This document shows, piece after piece, positions 47,184 to 63,269 of a stretch of 64,000 nucleotides of DNA; position 1 is the first letter of the stretch; the number at the start of each line of letters is the position of its first letter. Location: the NCBI GenBank assembly GCA_963693365.1, contig CAVNZM010000003.1:5794509-5858508 (forward strand), read 5' to 3'. The notes under the pieces are model-generated. The model searched no databases. It worked only from the letters and a program-made list of their open reading frames with translations, and was not told the origin of the DNA. A program made the position numbers and the translations under genes. Source of the DNA: Amoebidium appalachense (taxonomy: Eukaryota > Protista > Ichthyosporea).

Positions 47184-48193
47184 TTCTGATTGTACTTCAG
47201 GTGAGAATTCTTACCCAAACCGCCCGTGCAGATCTCTGTGTTTATTTTTGCCAGTAATTGAGTTGGATGCTTGCGCGGAAATTTAGTTCGAGTATACAAG
47301 GAAATTTTGTTCAAGTATACAAGGAAATTTTGTTCGGTTTGAGTTGCAGTATTTATTTGCGGAGAGCCCCCTCCCCGCCCCCCCCCCCCTCCCCCCCCCC
47401 CCCCCCCCCCCCCCCCCCCAGTGTTTATTTGCGGAGAGCCCCCTCCCCCCCCCCCCCTCCCCCCCCCCCCCCGGTCTAGAACCTGTGACACGTATGTGCA
47501 AAGGCGCAGGCACATCCACCCGGGAAAATGGGTATTGTTGATAAAACTTTAACATTCAAGTCATTATAGCATTAGCCTAGTCGTCAAACATTATATCTTG
47601 CAATCGTCAAATCAAACCGAACTAATACCGTGTCATTTTGTTTTGTTATAAAATACTAAAATTGTTGATCGTTCTATTTTGTTTTGTTTTAGAATTGATC
47701 GGAGCATGTCACTGGAATCAACCAATAGCAGTATTTCTTTAAAATTCATTTTTATTATTTTTTGTTTATGTTTACGCACTGGAGGTGATCGGATCATGGT
47801 GGGTCAGAGACCCCCCCGCCATGCTTAGGCACCACCAGAAAGTGAGCATTGGAAATGGCCCGGTGTGGTTGGCTGCACCTGCAGTCACCCACACCCACAC
47901 CCATGCCTGAAAGTGATTGGGCAAGGGTGTTTGGTCGTTCCATACATATGAGTTTGCCCCAATGAATGCAGTTTGTTCAGCATAGATGTATGAAAGGGTT
48001 TGTGTGCATTGAGTAAGGCAACCGGGAGCGGAGGGGATGGGGGGGGGGGGGGGGGGGGGGGTTGCGATGCATGTCTAAGGTTAAATGTGTCAACTGACAT
48101 GTTCTCTTCTCTCTTGGACATGTACGCATGTGCACACAGTGAATGTGGCATAAGTGGCCTCAAACACTCACGCGGACGCATGCGCACACACAC

Positions 48194-48334
<141 letters not shown>

Positions 48335-48336
48335 CA

Positions 48337-48435
<99 letters not shown>

Positions 48436-49443
48436 CAGGAACCTGGGGCTAGAGCAAGTCCATTCGAGTATCGGAAAATCGGATTGGCAACCCTTCTTGT
48501 CTTCATCCTTCTTTCCAAGGCCAATTGTGAAAATACGAAAAACACATGGAAAACACAACTATATGAAACTTCGTATTCCGTGAAAGCAGGGATCCAAGCA
48601 CTGGTATTCAACAGCATGAAGGCATATGTAGCATACCGATATACTTTAATTTAGTTAAAGTCTTTAACACTTGGCACCATGTGATAAGCCACAACTGTAT
48701 TGTTTCAAATTGGTTCAAACGTTACCGTAATTGTTTTTGACTTCGTGTGTATCCGTACGCCATTATCATGCTGTAAGGAAGTAGATTGGATGGGTGATAT
48801 CGCACGAATTAATGTTATTTTCTTGTATGTGATGACCAAAGCGTTTTTTTTTTGTTTTTTTCCCCTTCTATTTTTACTTTTTTTTTTTTTTTGTTTTTTT
48901 TGTAATTCCATACCGTGGTTTGAACCCCGGCTGTATAATAGGCTTGATTGCTTGTTTGCATTATAGTTAGCGCACTGTGTAAATTAGCTTGACGCATGTA
49001 AATATTCCATTGCCACATGTTGTTTTGCCGTTTTTTTAACACCGTATTCCATACTGCTGCAATAAATGCAAGCGACTGTGTGGTTCTCGAGCTCCCAAAT
49101 ACACCATACCTATAGAATGCAAATCACACCATGTACATTCCACTGTGCTTACGGTAACCAATCAAATCACATCTTTGTCCACTGGAGCACAATGGTGCGA
49201 GGACTTCGACCCCCCATCTCCCCCCCCCCCCCCCGCCCCCCCCCCCCCCCCCCCCCCCCTCCCCCTCTCCCCCCCCTCTCTTCCTCTCTCCCTCCCTCTC
49301 TCTCTCCCTCCCCCTCTCTCTCTCCCTCCCTCCCTCTCTCTCTCTCCCTCCCTCGTTTCTCTTTGTCCGTCTCCCTCCCTCCCTCCCTCCCTCTCTCCCT
49401 CCCTCCCTCCCTCCCTCCCTCCCTCCCTCTCTCTCTCTCCTAA

Positions 49444-49486
<43 letters not shown>

Positions 49487-50055
49487 CCTCCCCCCTCCCC
49501 CCTCCCCCCTCCCCGCCTTCTTCCCCCTCTCCGCTCCCCCCCCCCCCCCCCCACTGCCCTGCCCGCTCTCCTCCCCCCCCCTTCCCGCCCCCTCCCCTCC
49601 CCTCCACACTGACCCTTCCTCCACCCCCCCCCCCCCCCCCCCCCCCCTCTCCCCGTGCTCCTATCGTGGGCGCCCACATTGACTCTCTGTCTTAAGCTCT
49701 CTTTTTATCGACAAAACAGCCACCCCACGGGATTAATCGATTATGATTCTCCACCGTTTGTCGTGCACGTCCACTAGAAATTTACCCATTGTATTGGCAA
49801 GTTGAACTCCAACGTGAAACTCATCGTGTTCGACTCACAGTCTGCAAGAACAATGATTCTAATTCGTGTGCTTTTTTGTTTTTGTTTTTTTTGTTTTTTT
49901 TTTTGCCCTCTTCTTTTCTTTTCTTTTCTTTCTTCTCTTTTTGGTGGGCCCGGGTTATGCAAAATGGTCTGATTGACTCGAGACCAAGAACCGGTATGTA
50001 ATTACATAATTGTTGGATTTAGACCAACAAGTCTGTTGCAAGCACATGTGCAATA

Positions 50056-50167
50056 CAGTATGCGTCCACGCATAACATATCGCCCCGACAAGGGTCGAGG
50101 TCGTTATGTTAAATTTTAATTAGTATCTAAAAATAGGCTCCCAGAGCCCGTCTCGATTATGTTACCC

Positions 50168-50204
<37 letters not shown>

Positions 50205-51021
50205 CCCCGCCCGCCCTCCCGCCCCGCCCAGGAGGCCACACTGGGCCTCTCCATCGGGCGGGGGAATCCGCAAACCGCTAAATGACATAAATATAGTAGT
50301 AAACAAATAATAAATTGATCAAAAACCCAAAACACCAACAAATACACCCCCCACACACACCCGGCCGGCCTGTTCTGACTGCCGGAACACACACAGACCC
50401 GGTGTGCCCTGTAAAACCCACCTTTTAGTCCACAAAAACATCGCCACAACATACGTACAACAACACATAATGTTAGGCAGCAACCCCCCACCACCACCAC
50501 CACCACACCCCATCATCCACCCATACCCACCGTAAATATTATACACAACACCTAGGCCTTCCCAATACTGTAGATCGACCAATGAGAGCCCTCGGTTAAC
50601 GTTTATTGCTAGGTTTTGAATGGAGGGGAGGACTGGAGCCTCCTGCCGGCGTGGCTGGGGTAGTAGCCCTGGGCAAAGTGTGTACTTATAGTTAGGTTGT
50701 GAAGGATGGTTTAGCTTAGCTGAACTCATAGATAGCACCTTAACTAGTGTACTGTCGGTGCTGTGTGGTAGACGGTAGTTTCCCTAGAGGGCCTGAAAAG
50801 GCCCTCCGGGAACAAAACGTGATAAAATAAAAAAAAATAAAAAAAAAATAATAATAAACTGATCAAATGAATGAATAAACAAAGAATGCTTATACTAGTT
50901 CCTTTTTGAGATGGTGAAAAAAAAAAAAAAGGGAAATTCGGGAAAAAAAAAAACTTTGAAAAAAAAAAAAAAAAAAAAGAAGCTGAAAGCGTGAAAGCCT
51001 ATGTGTGTGTGTGTGTGCCGT

Positions 51022-51111
<90 letters not shown>

Positions 51112-51291
51112 AAATCTAAATCAATACTTGAAAGTCTAGCATTTAGTACATCAAGTCCCCCCCCCCCCACCCCCCCCCTCCCCTCCTCCCCAACCCGCTA
51201 AATAAGTAAATATAGAGGAAATCAATAAGTATTTGATTCAAATAATAATAAAAACATACTAATTTTTTTCAAGGGGACCAAACCAAAAAAG

Positions 51292-51327
<36 letters not shown>

Positions 51328-52207
51328 CAACTCATACAAACAAGGACGTACTAGTCTTTCTGCTCCCTCACACCTTACTCTCACACCACGAATTTGGCAC
51401 CACACACCTACACGAGTAAGAGGCAACCCCTCCCCCTTCGCCTCATACAAATCCGTATTCAGGGTTTCATCAAGCTCCAAACCATTACCGTAACTCACAC
51501 GGAAAAGACTCAGCGATTCCGCGCGTGTGGGGGCTCTGCGGCTCTCTAAACTCTCCATGTGCGAGCGCAATTGTGCTTTTGCCGTTTCGGCTTGTGCAAT
51601 TGCACGTGTGGTTGCGTTGTTGATTGTGTTGTTTGCGTTTACAAAACCCTCAGAAATGATTGCTTGGGCTTCTTGGGTAGTTTCCTGAAACTTGTCTGTG
51701 GCCTCATTTACTGTGTGCAGTGCACTATTCAACGCCCCAAGTGCAGCTGCCTGCACCTGGACTACTGGCTTGGTCATGATCGGTGGGTTTAATATGCATT
51801 CAACCTGCCTATATGACTAGGATGTAAAAACTAGCTATACAAGACTGCTTCGAACTAGTTGGGGCCTTCGTATGTTTCTGCTCGTTTATCGACATAGTCG
51901 GCCACATGAGTCCTTTGCATGCATACCATGCGATGTGCGGCCGCCGCCTATCATTGGCCCTGGCGAGCTTTGGGCGGTCGTTGAAATCACGGCGAACCAC
52001 TGTTTTATCTGGGAAAGAGATCGAAATACTAAACATAGGGGGTCTAAACTGACCAGATAAACCCGATTACTCGTCCTACTATGTATAGGACCCCTTGGTG
52101 CGCTAACATAATCCCGAAAAATGACCGAGGTCAGTATGTTAAGATTTTTGAAAATCGGCGTCGACGTTATGTTGTGCGTGGAGTATGTTATGCGTGGACG
52201 CATACTG
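50056..52207. mobile_element. Non-autonomous Tc1/mariner-type TIR element (2152 bp) with cargo ORF
   Basis: Perfect 24-bp TIR CAGTATGCGTCCACGCATAACATA with TA at 50054-55 and 52208-09. No transposase visible inside. Confidence 0.8.
51259..51777 (-). CDS. Orphan helical (Ala/Thr/Gln-rich heptad) protein carried inside the TIR element
   Basis: ATG-initiated 172-aa ORF with a coiled-coil-like N-half. The 3' end runs into (TG)n, so the true end is uncertain. Confidence 0.5.
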
Positions 52208-53140
52208 TAAATATAGATCTCGTGAATATCCATTGTAAATCATCGAAAGGGGGAGCAGCTTTCCATCATATCGACAGGATAAATCCATCTGGAGGCAGTT
52301 GATATTACCAGGACTAATTGGTGCTGGAACTTCTGATTTTGTTATATGTGTTAAACCTGTTGAAAAAAGATTAAACGTTTCAATACATAGCCATATGATT
52401 CTGGGTCCATTTATTGTACTTCAGGTGTCAGTCAATCTGTAACCATCCAGATACCTCAGCTGCAGGCAGATAATCTTATAATTCCGAAGTATGTGATTCC
52501 AAACATAGGATAACAATGTATATGGTTCCAAACATATAAAGGATTACAATGTATATGATTCCAAACATATAAAGGATTACAATAGGAAGTCTTGTCTTGA
52601 CTTACACTACGTAAGGCAACTGTCGGGTGACATCATTCATTAATTACATTACAAAAATACCGGGATTTGGCTTAGCACAGGAGAGGTGCACCTGATCCGT
52701 CCACGGAACCATAAAAACACAGAACCATAAAAACACGGAACCAATAACGGACAATACAAAACGTGAAGGGATGTGTGCAGGAACAGGAACATCACTCCTA
52801 GGTACGTGAACGGATGTGACCAGCCGTCCTACGAATCGTATTACGTCACTACTACTATACAAATCATAATACATAATTCTTTTCTCACCAGCCACTCTAC
52901 AACATACAAGGCGGTGTGTGATTTTCCCTTAAAATTTTAATTACCAAGTTACCACATATAGTCAGAAACATAGTCAATCGATTGGTCGACTAAAGGTGGT
53001 GCTGCCCGTATATGGGGTCGAAGGGGTGGGGGGCCAGCGGGGGGGGGGGAGGGGGAGGAGAGGGGAGGAGGGGGGCTCTGGTGGGAATGTGGGCTGCGAT
53101 CCTAGCAACCGCTGTGTAATAGAAACACTGTGCTCTCCTT

Positions 53141-53531
53141 TCAGCTAAAAATAGCATCAAAATCCATAAAATAGTAATCTGCAGCATCCATTGTATCTGC
53201 ATCTATTTCCTTTTTTGGGCGGTTACGAAAATCCCCTATGCTCAGCGCGCATTTCGACGAATCAAAATGTGCTGCGTCACCCACCGTGCGTACGATTGGT
53301 TGAAAGGGTGGCTTCATCTTTCTCTGGCAGAGCGCAGCCCAGTCAAATCCTTGGAACCACCTGTGCGAGATCAGATCTTGCATTCCATTGTGACCGGCGC
53401 CCAATCGTCTTTTGGGATCTAGGCATAGTAGAGATCTGATAAGACCTCTTGCCGGCTCAGAGACGTGGGCTGGGATCGAAAACTGACCGCTGAGAATGCT
53501 CTGTACCTGCCCGGGTTCGGGGAAGGGTGCC

Positions 53532-53591
<60 letters not shown>

Positions 53592-53737
53592 CGCGCACGC
53601 GTGTGTGTGTGTGTGTGATGGGGTCAGGGGAGGGGGAATGTTAGAACTCTGTAGACTGCGGCCGGGGGGAGGGGGGGGGGGGGGGGGTAGTACTACATGT
53701 CGACGTGCGGGTTTGAATAACCATTGTCTTTTTTTGT

Positions 53738-53768
<31 letters not shown>

Positions 53769-55158
53769 CTGAGGGTTCGCTCTGCGTGGGAGAAACGGAA
53801 GTGATGAACACTAAGGGTCCGAAACGAAATGGGGAGTGTGCCGGGACAAAGATCGGCAGGAAAGAGAGCGGGCAGGAAAGGCGGACGCTGGGCGTGGGGG
53901 GAGGGGGGGAGGGAGGGAGGACGGGTAGTGGAGGAGGGGGCGGAGGGAGGGGGGGGGGGGGGGGGGGGGGTATATTGATATCTCACCTCTCCAGTAAGCA
54001 TCTCAAACAGAAGCACACCGATCGCCCACAAATCCACCTCGAACCCATGTCCCTGTTGAAGGAGTAACTCGGGCGCAATGTAATCTGGTGTGCCGCAAAG
54101 AGTGTACGTGTGTTCGTGCCTATGTTTTAGCGGTTTGGAAAACCCAAAATCCACCAATCGCACGTAGCCGTCGGCATCCAATAGAATGTTCTCTGGCTTG
54201 ATGTCGCGAAACAGCATGTGTGCTTGCTCGTGCATGTGACTGATGGAGAGGATCACCTGTGTGTGTTTGTGTGTGCGGGGGGAGGGGGGGGGGGGGGGGG
54301 GGATGTGTGTGCGTGTGTGTGTGTGTGTGTTGGGGGGAGGGGGGAGGAGGAGAGGGAGGGGGGGGGGGGGGGGGGAGGGGGGGGAGGGAGAGGGGGGGGG
54401 GGGGGGGGGGGGCGCGGTTAGAATCCGTTACAGAGTGTGTGCTTGGAGGTGGAGGCGGGGGGGGGGGGGGGGGGGGGGAGATAGTAAGGGTGGATTTGTA
54501 CACGTGTACAAGTGTTTCGTGGGTATGAGCCGCGGGGGGAAGGGGCGGGGGGAGGGGGGTGGAGGGGTAGAGAGGGAGGACGTTAGTGGTGGGTCGGTGG
54601 CGTGTGTTTGTATGTGGACCGATGGGAGGGTGGTGAATGGTTGGAATCTCTGGATCTGGAGATAGAAGGAGAAGGAGGGGGGGGGGGAGGAGGAAGGGGG
54701 ATATCCCTGTCCTGTCTTACCTGTGCAAGGTAAAACCGGGCGTCTTTCTCGCTCAGTGTTCCCACGTCATCCAACCGCGCAAACAACTCCCCGCCCGGCA
54801 CATACTCCATCACAAAGTACAGGTTGCACATGTCCTGGAATGTTCCATACCCACGTGCCACGTGGGGACAGCACGTGTTTTTGAGGGTTGCCAGTGCCCA
54901 CTTCTCCCAGGTCACGTGCTGGTGTTGCCGCCTTGCATAAGCGGTTCCCTTGGCAATGGCCTTGACAACGACGTTTTCATTGGTTGGGAGGTGACGGCAG
55001 AGGAAAACTTCGCCAAAGTTGCCGTGGCCGATCTGGTGTGTATGGGGGGGAGGGGGGGGGGGGGGGGGGGGGGGGGGAGGGGGGGGGGGGGAGGGGGGTT
55101 ATGTGAGTATGTCTGGGTGTCTGTCTCTACCATTGCTCTCTCTCTCTCTCTCTCTTTC

Positions 55159-55214
<56 letters not shown>

Positions 55215-55289
55215 TCTTTCTTTCTTTCTTTTTTTTTGGGGGGGGGGAAGGGGGGAGGGGGGGGGGGGGGGGGGGGTTGATAGGGAAAT

Positions 55290-55348
<59 letters not shown>

Positions 55349-56331
55349 GTGCGCGCGCTTGTGTGTGTGTATGGGTATCCATGTGTGTGCATGGCCGCAT
55401 GAGTATGTATTTGTGGGGGTGTGGGTGGAGGCAAATATCCCATTAGTGTGCGGCAGCCTAAAACTTGTAGCATTCATGCCATTACAGGGGGGGGGGGGGG
55501 GGGGGGGGAGGGGGGGGGGGGGGGGGGGGGGCTCACCCTATTCAACACCAGGAAATCTGAAACCTGAAATGGGCCGGAGATCTCTGTCAATGGGGGCATA
55601 GTGATTGGCTCAGGTGGAATGCTGGAAACTGATTGGACGCGCTTGGCTGAACCAATAGAAAGCCGGGACATGAGGAAACCACCGCTCGTCGATCGCGACG
55701 CAGAGTTTTTCGGTTTTTGTTCGTCTTTTTTCTGAAATGATCTTTCTGAGCTCCCGACGGTTCCCAAAAAACGGGAATAATGCATGGAATCTGTGATATG
55801 TACGGAGGGGGAAGAGGAGAATGCAAATGTGGTCGGGCGTGAGTCATGGGTTCCAGGGTGGCGGGCAATTTTGATTGGTGCATTTTGCTGAATAGGGGCC
55901 GGACGCGTTGTTTGTTTATTCCCGTCTTTGACGGAATTGCACGGCGATTCTTGTATTTCCGGATCGTGCCGGTGGGACCTGCCATTTCCACGTTTTTTTC
56001 GGTTGAAAAACCGTAAATTCAAGCCGAGCGAAGCGGACCTGAAGATGCTTTTCCGTTTTTGTTTTCTTGCGGAGTGGCTCACGCTGTCGTTAATCTCGTT
56101 TTGCCCCTCTGCACCCTTTTTCTTTGTGTGTTCAGATGTCCAACTCCAATTGAACAACCGGTTTTCTCTTTGTCTCACATTCTCGTTTCTTACTTGTTTC
56201 ACGGAGGTGTATTTATTATTTGGTGATATGCTTTCCCGGTTGCACAAATCGGCAGCGTATGATTTGCCCGATTGTGCGATGGTGCACTGCCCACCGATTT
56301 CTTGCGCTTTGCCCATGGTTGGGACAGCCAT
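53141..56331 (-). CDS. PKA catalytic-subunit-like (AGC) Ser/Thr kinase with long N-terminal extension, 4 exons, ~588 aa
   Basis: Exons 56331-55537, 55032-54721, 54256-53987 and 53530-53141 are all phase 0. Motifs [49 protein letters not shown] and FMDF. Confidence 0.93.
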
Positions 56332-57165
56332 TTATGCTGGGCATAAATCACGTGCTGTAGATAGACCCGTTGGGAGCTATGCTGTCGGGATAAACGGTGT
56401 ATGATTAGTGTAATGCCACGGTGCCTAATGTGTGGTTTCATTGGTTCCGTGTCAGACAGAGTGCATTTGTGTGTGTGTTGAATGGTAATGGTGTTGAGGA
56501 ATTAAGCAGTGTGTTTGTGTGTGTTCAGTTTGTGGGTCGATGTGTTCAGTGTGAGATAAATATGCAAAAAAATATGCGGGATATATGGCGTGAGATAAAA
56601 CTGCATGACCCGCGTTTGAAAACACGATGGTGTTCTGAAAAAGTTTCGTAACTGTGCAGGGACGACGCACGTGTGAAATCCAATGTGTGTGCGAGCGTGT
56701 CTGCAATCGCGTTGCAGTGTTGTGTGTGTTGTGTGAGTGTTTGTATGTACAGTGTACTTTTTGTACACGTGTGTTTGTACAGTGTACTTTTTGTGTACGT
56801 GTGTGCCCGATGGACTTGTACATGTATCTTTGTCTGCGTCACGGTGTGCTACGTAGAATCAAGTGTGACAGTATACTATTGAATTGGGGTGCAAAAAGTG
56901 CCGGTATGTGTTACGGGATACCCGATCCGATGCTTTCCAGAAATGCACACACGACGTGAACAACCGTACCGTGCACACACAACCCAAATATTGGGCAAAT
57001 CTAGCTTTGGGACGTAATTTTCTTTTAATATCATGGCATGACGTGTGTGTGTGTGTGTGTGTGCGTGTGTGTGTGCTAACGTGTGTTTCTGCAGCAGTTG
57101 ATACAGTGTGTGGGCTACGTCTGTGTATGTGCGCTTTAGCCACAGCACGGTATTGTGTTAGACGG

Positions 57166-57263
<98 letters not shown>

Positions 57264-57537
57264 GTGTGCCGGTGTGTGTCTGTGTGCGTCTCTCTCTCTC
57301 TCTCTCTGTGTGTGTATGCGTGTGTGTGTGTGCGTGTGTGTGTGCGTGTGCGTGTGTATTGTCTGTGCGTGCGTGCGTGCGCGTGTGTGTGTGTGTGCGT
57401 GTGTGTGTGTGTGTGAGTTACGGTGTGTTTGCATGTGTACATGTGTGTATGTGCGTGTGTGTGTGCTCGTGCATGTGTGCAATGTGTGTGCGTTTGGGGG
57501 TATCTCCCTGCATGTGTGTGCGTTTTGTGTGGATCAG

Positions 57538-57935
<398 letters not shown>

Positions 57936-59067
57936 CGCGCGCGCGTATGCAAGCGCATGTGCGCCTGTGACACTGTGTGCATGCCACAGTTTTTGCCACG
58001 ATTGATACAGGGCGTATTTTTGTTTTTCTTTCAAACTAACGGTGCCATATAGAAGCTGGACTAGCAAGCCAAATAGCGACACCAAGGTGTGTAAAACTAA
58101 TAGTCAATACTTGCCGGGTAAAACCCGCACTCACCAGAACTATTCAGGACGCCATTTAGTGCTGCCGTGTCTTGATGTCGCCTCCACAGTTTACCTTCAA
58201 ATTTGCAAACCTTAGCAAACTAGCTGTTCGGGAAGAAACGAGCTAATTTTAACACTGAGTTACTTTCCTGTCAGGTATGTGTAGGCTACGTGCAGTGAGT
58301 ACCGTTTAGCCTTTGGCCCTCTCCAAGTTTGTAGCCACTAGCCAGTAAGATTCGTGTGCACATGACTTATGAATGCACCCAACGTAATCGTACATACCAT
58401 GGCTGTTGAATTATAAAACCTTTTGGAGCCTAACTATCAACGAACCTCTCGTACATATGTCGGGAAACGGTATTATTTTTTAGAGCTTTCGGAGTCTAAG
58501 CCAAGGTCTCTACTTTGCTCTAATTCATGTTCTATTGTTGTTTTGTTTCCTTGTTGTGGTTGTGCTATGCTATGTTTCTGTAGCCTTCTGGGTACCAAGC
58601 GTGACCCAATCAGATGATTTTTTCGGTTTTGTTTACGTAGCGCTGGTTGGATAATGCACTGGATTTCCCCGGAAGAAGAGCCAACCAGAATGCTGCAAGA
58701 TCTATCAGCAAAACGATTGGGTTAGATTTATCCAATGGGAATGTCCCAACTGATTTGTATCCAATAAAATGCAACATACTTTAGATCAGCCACATAATAA
58801 TTGGAGCATTTGTTGGTCCAATACAATTGCGCACCATGCTTTCACGTGTTGCCGGCTAAACTTTGAAACATGTACAACAGACTTTGTAGAATAACATCTA
58901 ATCATTCTAATGGCTCCCAATAGAAGTTTTAGCAACATAATGTTTCATATGAGCTCCCAATAAAAGCTTTAGCAACATAAGCGTTTCATATGAAAATATA
59001 GGATGGTTATTTCTCTGCAAGGCATGGCTGGCCATGCACATGGTTGTCGATCGGGGCCGGAGGACAG

Positions 59068-59347
59068 ACACATATACCACCCCGCGATTCCGTGGTTTTT
59101 TTTGTAGCTCGGGATAAATTCATCCAGCTGTGTCCGACCAATGCGAGAAAACCTAAATTCGGCGGGGCTCATGCAGGAAAGGGCGGGCGGCCGGAGGACT
59201 TTCCGGGGCTAGGGTCGCCACCGTGCGCGAGGTGTAGGCCCAGCTTTGCGTTTGTTTGCTACCCGAAGGCTGGTGCTTAACATAGCTTTGGCCCTAGTTT
59301 GCGTGAGAAAAGCAGAAGGGAGCTCTGGGAAAGCCTGAGAGAGAGAC

Positions 59348-59394
<47 letters not shown>

Positions 59395-60128
59395 AGAGAT
59401 AGAGAGAGAGAGATCTGGAACGAGGGAGATCTGTGAGCTCGATAGAGAGAGATCTCTAGAGATCAAAGAGGGTTGGAGAGAGAGACTCGATGGAGAGAGC
59501 CTGAGTGTGACACTGTGTATGTGTTTGTGGGTGAGTGTGTGTCAGGCTGGGAGAAGGATAGAGCGGAGGCAGAGAGAGGGGAGAGAGAGAGAGAGAGAGA
59601 GCCTCGGAGAGAGAGGTGCACAAGCACGTGTCACAGACTCCACAGTGACACTGTATGTCTGCACACCAGCCTGCATCATGGCCAAACCACTCCTTTAGGT
59701 AGCACACACAGCGCGCGTGGGCAGCTGCAGCCGGAGCCACGGAGGCAACATGTGTGCATATTATTTCACTGGCACCCACTCGCAGCTTGCATGCATGATC
59801 ATGAGGTATACCTGACTCACAGGCCAAAGGTGAAAGGGCACAGAAGAGAACTCCCTATGGCGCTCGTTTAGCTAAGGTTCAGTATGCATACAGCACGCAT
59901 ATGATGTGCATTCAGGGTAAACATAAAGCTTTTCGGTGGCAAACAAACGCAAAGCTGGGCCTACACCTCGCGCACGGTGGCGACCCTAGCCCCGAAAGTC
60001 CTCCGGCCGCCCGCCCTTTCCTGCATGAGCTCCACCGAATTTAGGTTATCTCGCATGGGTCGGACACAGCCGGATGAATTTATCCCGAGCTACAAAAAAA
60101 CCACGGAATCGGGGGGTGGTATATGTGT
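59068..60128. mobile_element. Non-autonomous foldback element with ~200-bp TIRs
   Basis: 59068-~59270 is an imperfect reverse complement of ~59928-60128. ACAG flanks both ends (59064-67 and 60129-32). Confidence 0.85.
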
Positions 60129-60273
60129 ACAGCGAACAGCTGACTGCAGACAGCAACACTAGCCCTTGCAACAAGCAGCAAAAGCATACCATGATCTGAT
60201 TTTCAGAACCCACGGAGCTCAACCAAAGTCTTGTTCCTTTATGTTCGTACGTTCGTATGTTCTCTCTCTCTCT

Positions 60274-60307
<34 letters not shown>

Positions 60308-60534
60308 CAAAGGCTTTGCTTTCCAAAACTCCTACACAAGTATAATAATAATCGGGCCGTGCAACGCCGCCCAACCATACACGCGCACATGCAATCCACT
60401 GTAATATTTGCGCCTCTTCTTGCGCACGCTGTGTTGACAATGTATTGATCAACCCTCATGAAGATATCTGCCTAGCGCCGTGGGTATATGTATAATACTG
60501 CCCGTGTCCGTTGCCCATGCCCTGCACACACACA

Positions 60535-61190
<656 letters not shown>

Positions 61191-61410
61191 TTGTACATTT
61201 GATGTACGGATGTATCTGTACAGCGAGCCGGGGGTTAGAACTTGAGAAAGAAGGCGGCATGAGGCTATTTGTTTGATTCCCCAGCCGCCGGGGTAATTCC
61301 CGTACGTACGCTTCCCACTCTCAAGGCCGGACTCGCCCCACCCGGGTATATGCATCCACCGTGAAGTCTTTTTTTTTTATCCCAATCAACGCTTCTATTC
61401 ATGATCAAGA

Positions 61411-61468
<58 letters not shown>

Positions 61469-61809
61469 CACTAATGATTTATATTTATATAATGAGATGA
61501 CATCGTGGAAATGTGGAACTAATCATTGCTCTCTCTCGCTCCCCCCCCCCTTCCCCCCCCCCCCCCCCCCCCCCTCCCCCTTCTCCAATCCTCCCCCCTC
61601 CCCCCCCCCTCTTCTCCTCCGGATCCACCCCCCCCCCCCCCCCCCCACCCTTTCTTTCTCTGAGAGAAATAGTGTCTTTATCTAGCTTGTTCCCAGCCTC
61701 TCTCTCTCTCTCTCTCTCTCTCAAACGAAATAGTGTCCTTATCTAGCTTGTTGCCAGCCTCTCTCTCTCGCTCTTCTCTCTCTCTCTCTCTCTCTCTAGA
61801 TCTAGATCT

Positions 61810-61876
<67 letters not shown>

Positions 61877-62480
61877 TCTCTCTCTCTCCTCCCCCCCCCC
61901 TCCCCCTCTTCTGCCTCCTACTCCCCCCCCCCCCCCCCCCCCCCTGCCTGCCTCCCTCCCTCTCTCAGCTCTCTCTCTCTCTCTTTTTATCAAATTAATC
62001 GGGGCACCAGTTAAGCCAATGATGAGCAAAGCATGGGCATATACATACAATGATTGCAACAGCCATAGATGTTGCAACGAGATAGTTGCTTAGATATATT
62101 CACCGGATATCCAACGAGAGATAATTTTTTAAAATTGCAGATTTGAGATTATGTGTCACTGCCCTTCAGGCAATTGAAACATTTTCATACACACTGACTG
62201 TATCGATATCACAGGATTCATCTTACGCTGTTTATTTAAAATTCATTGGTTCAGCGTTGGAATGCTGTGTACTACACACGGCACACCTTGCGAAGCCTAA
62301 TATGGTAAATACTATTATGCTACCCCTGAGACACCACCATTCATTCATTCACACATACATTCCATAGATAGGCTATACATGTACTGTTTCGAGGTCTACC
62401 AAAGATTACTTAAGGACATTGATTCCAAACCAAAAACGTTCATTGGTCCATCCCCCCTCCCTCCCCCCCCCCCCCCCAAA

Positions 62481-62554
<74 letters not shown>

Positions 62555-62585
62555 GCGCACGCGCACGCGCACGCACACGCACACG

Positions 62586-62617
<32 letters not shown>

Positions 62618-63134
62618 AAAGAAAGAAAAGAAAATGGAGAAAGGAAAAAACCCGACAGCGGGATGCAAACCATCCCCTGAATGATTGTTTGGTCCACACA
62701 TTCAAATGTAGTGGGTCCTATTGCAAACTCAAACCACCGAGCAAATCAAATAATTTTTACTAATATTATCAAATATCACTCAATCAAAATTTCATTCATA
62801 CCGTGTGTGTCCTTTAGAGCTGCTATCCTGTAAGGCCGAAAGTGAGATATAATGGAATATACTTTCTAACGGTGCAGAAGGAAAAGGGAATGGCGAAAAC
62901 AAAGAAAGAAAGACAACAAAAACCATATAGGAGAGAGGGAATGGGGGAAGAGAACACGACAACCACAAAATAAAAAATAAACAAATAAAATAAAATAAAA
63001 TAAAGAATGGTTCGTCGAAAACCTGCTTAGGTGGATATGGTTGCTTGTAGCCAGATGTGTGTGTATCATGATAGTTCTTTGAGTGAGTGACAGGGTCATG
63101 TGGTTGGTTATCTGGGTATTGGGAGAGTTGTGTT

Positions 63135-63172
<38 letters not shown>

Positions 63173-63222
63173 CCTCTATTTTTCTTTGTGGATGGGTGGG
63201 TGGGTGGGTGGGTGGTGGTGGT

Positions 63223-63269
<47 letters not shown>

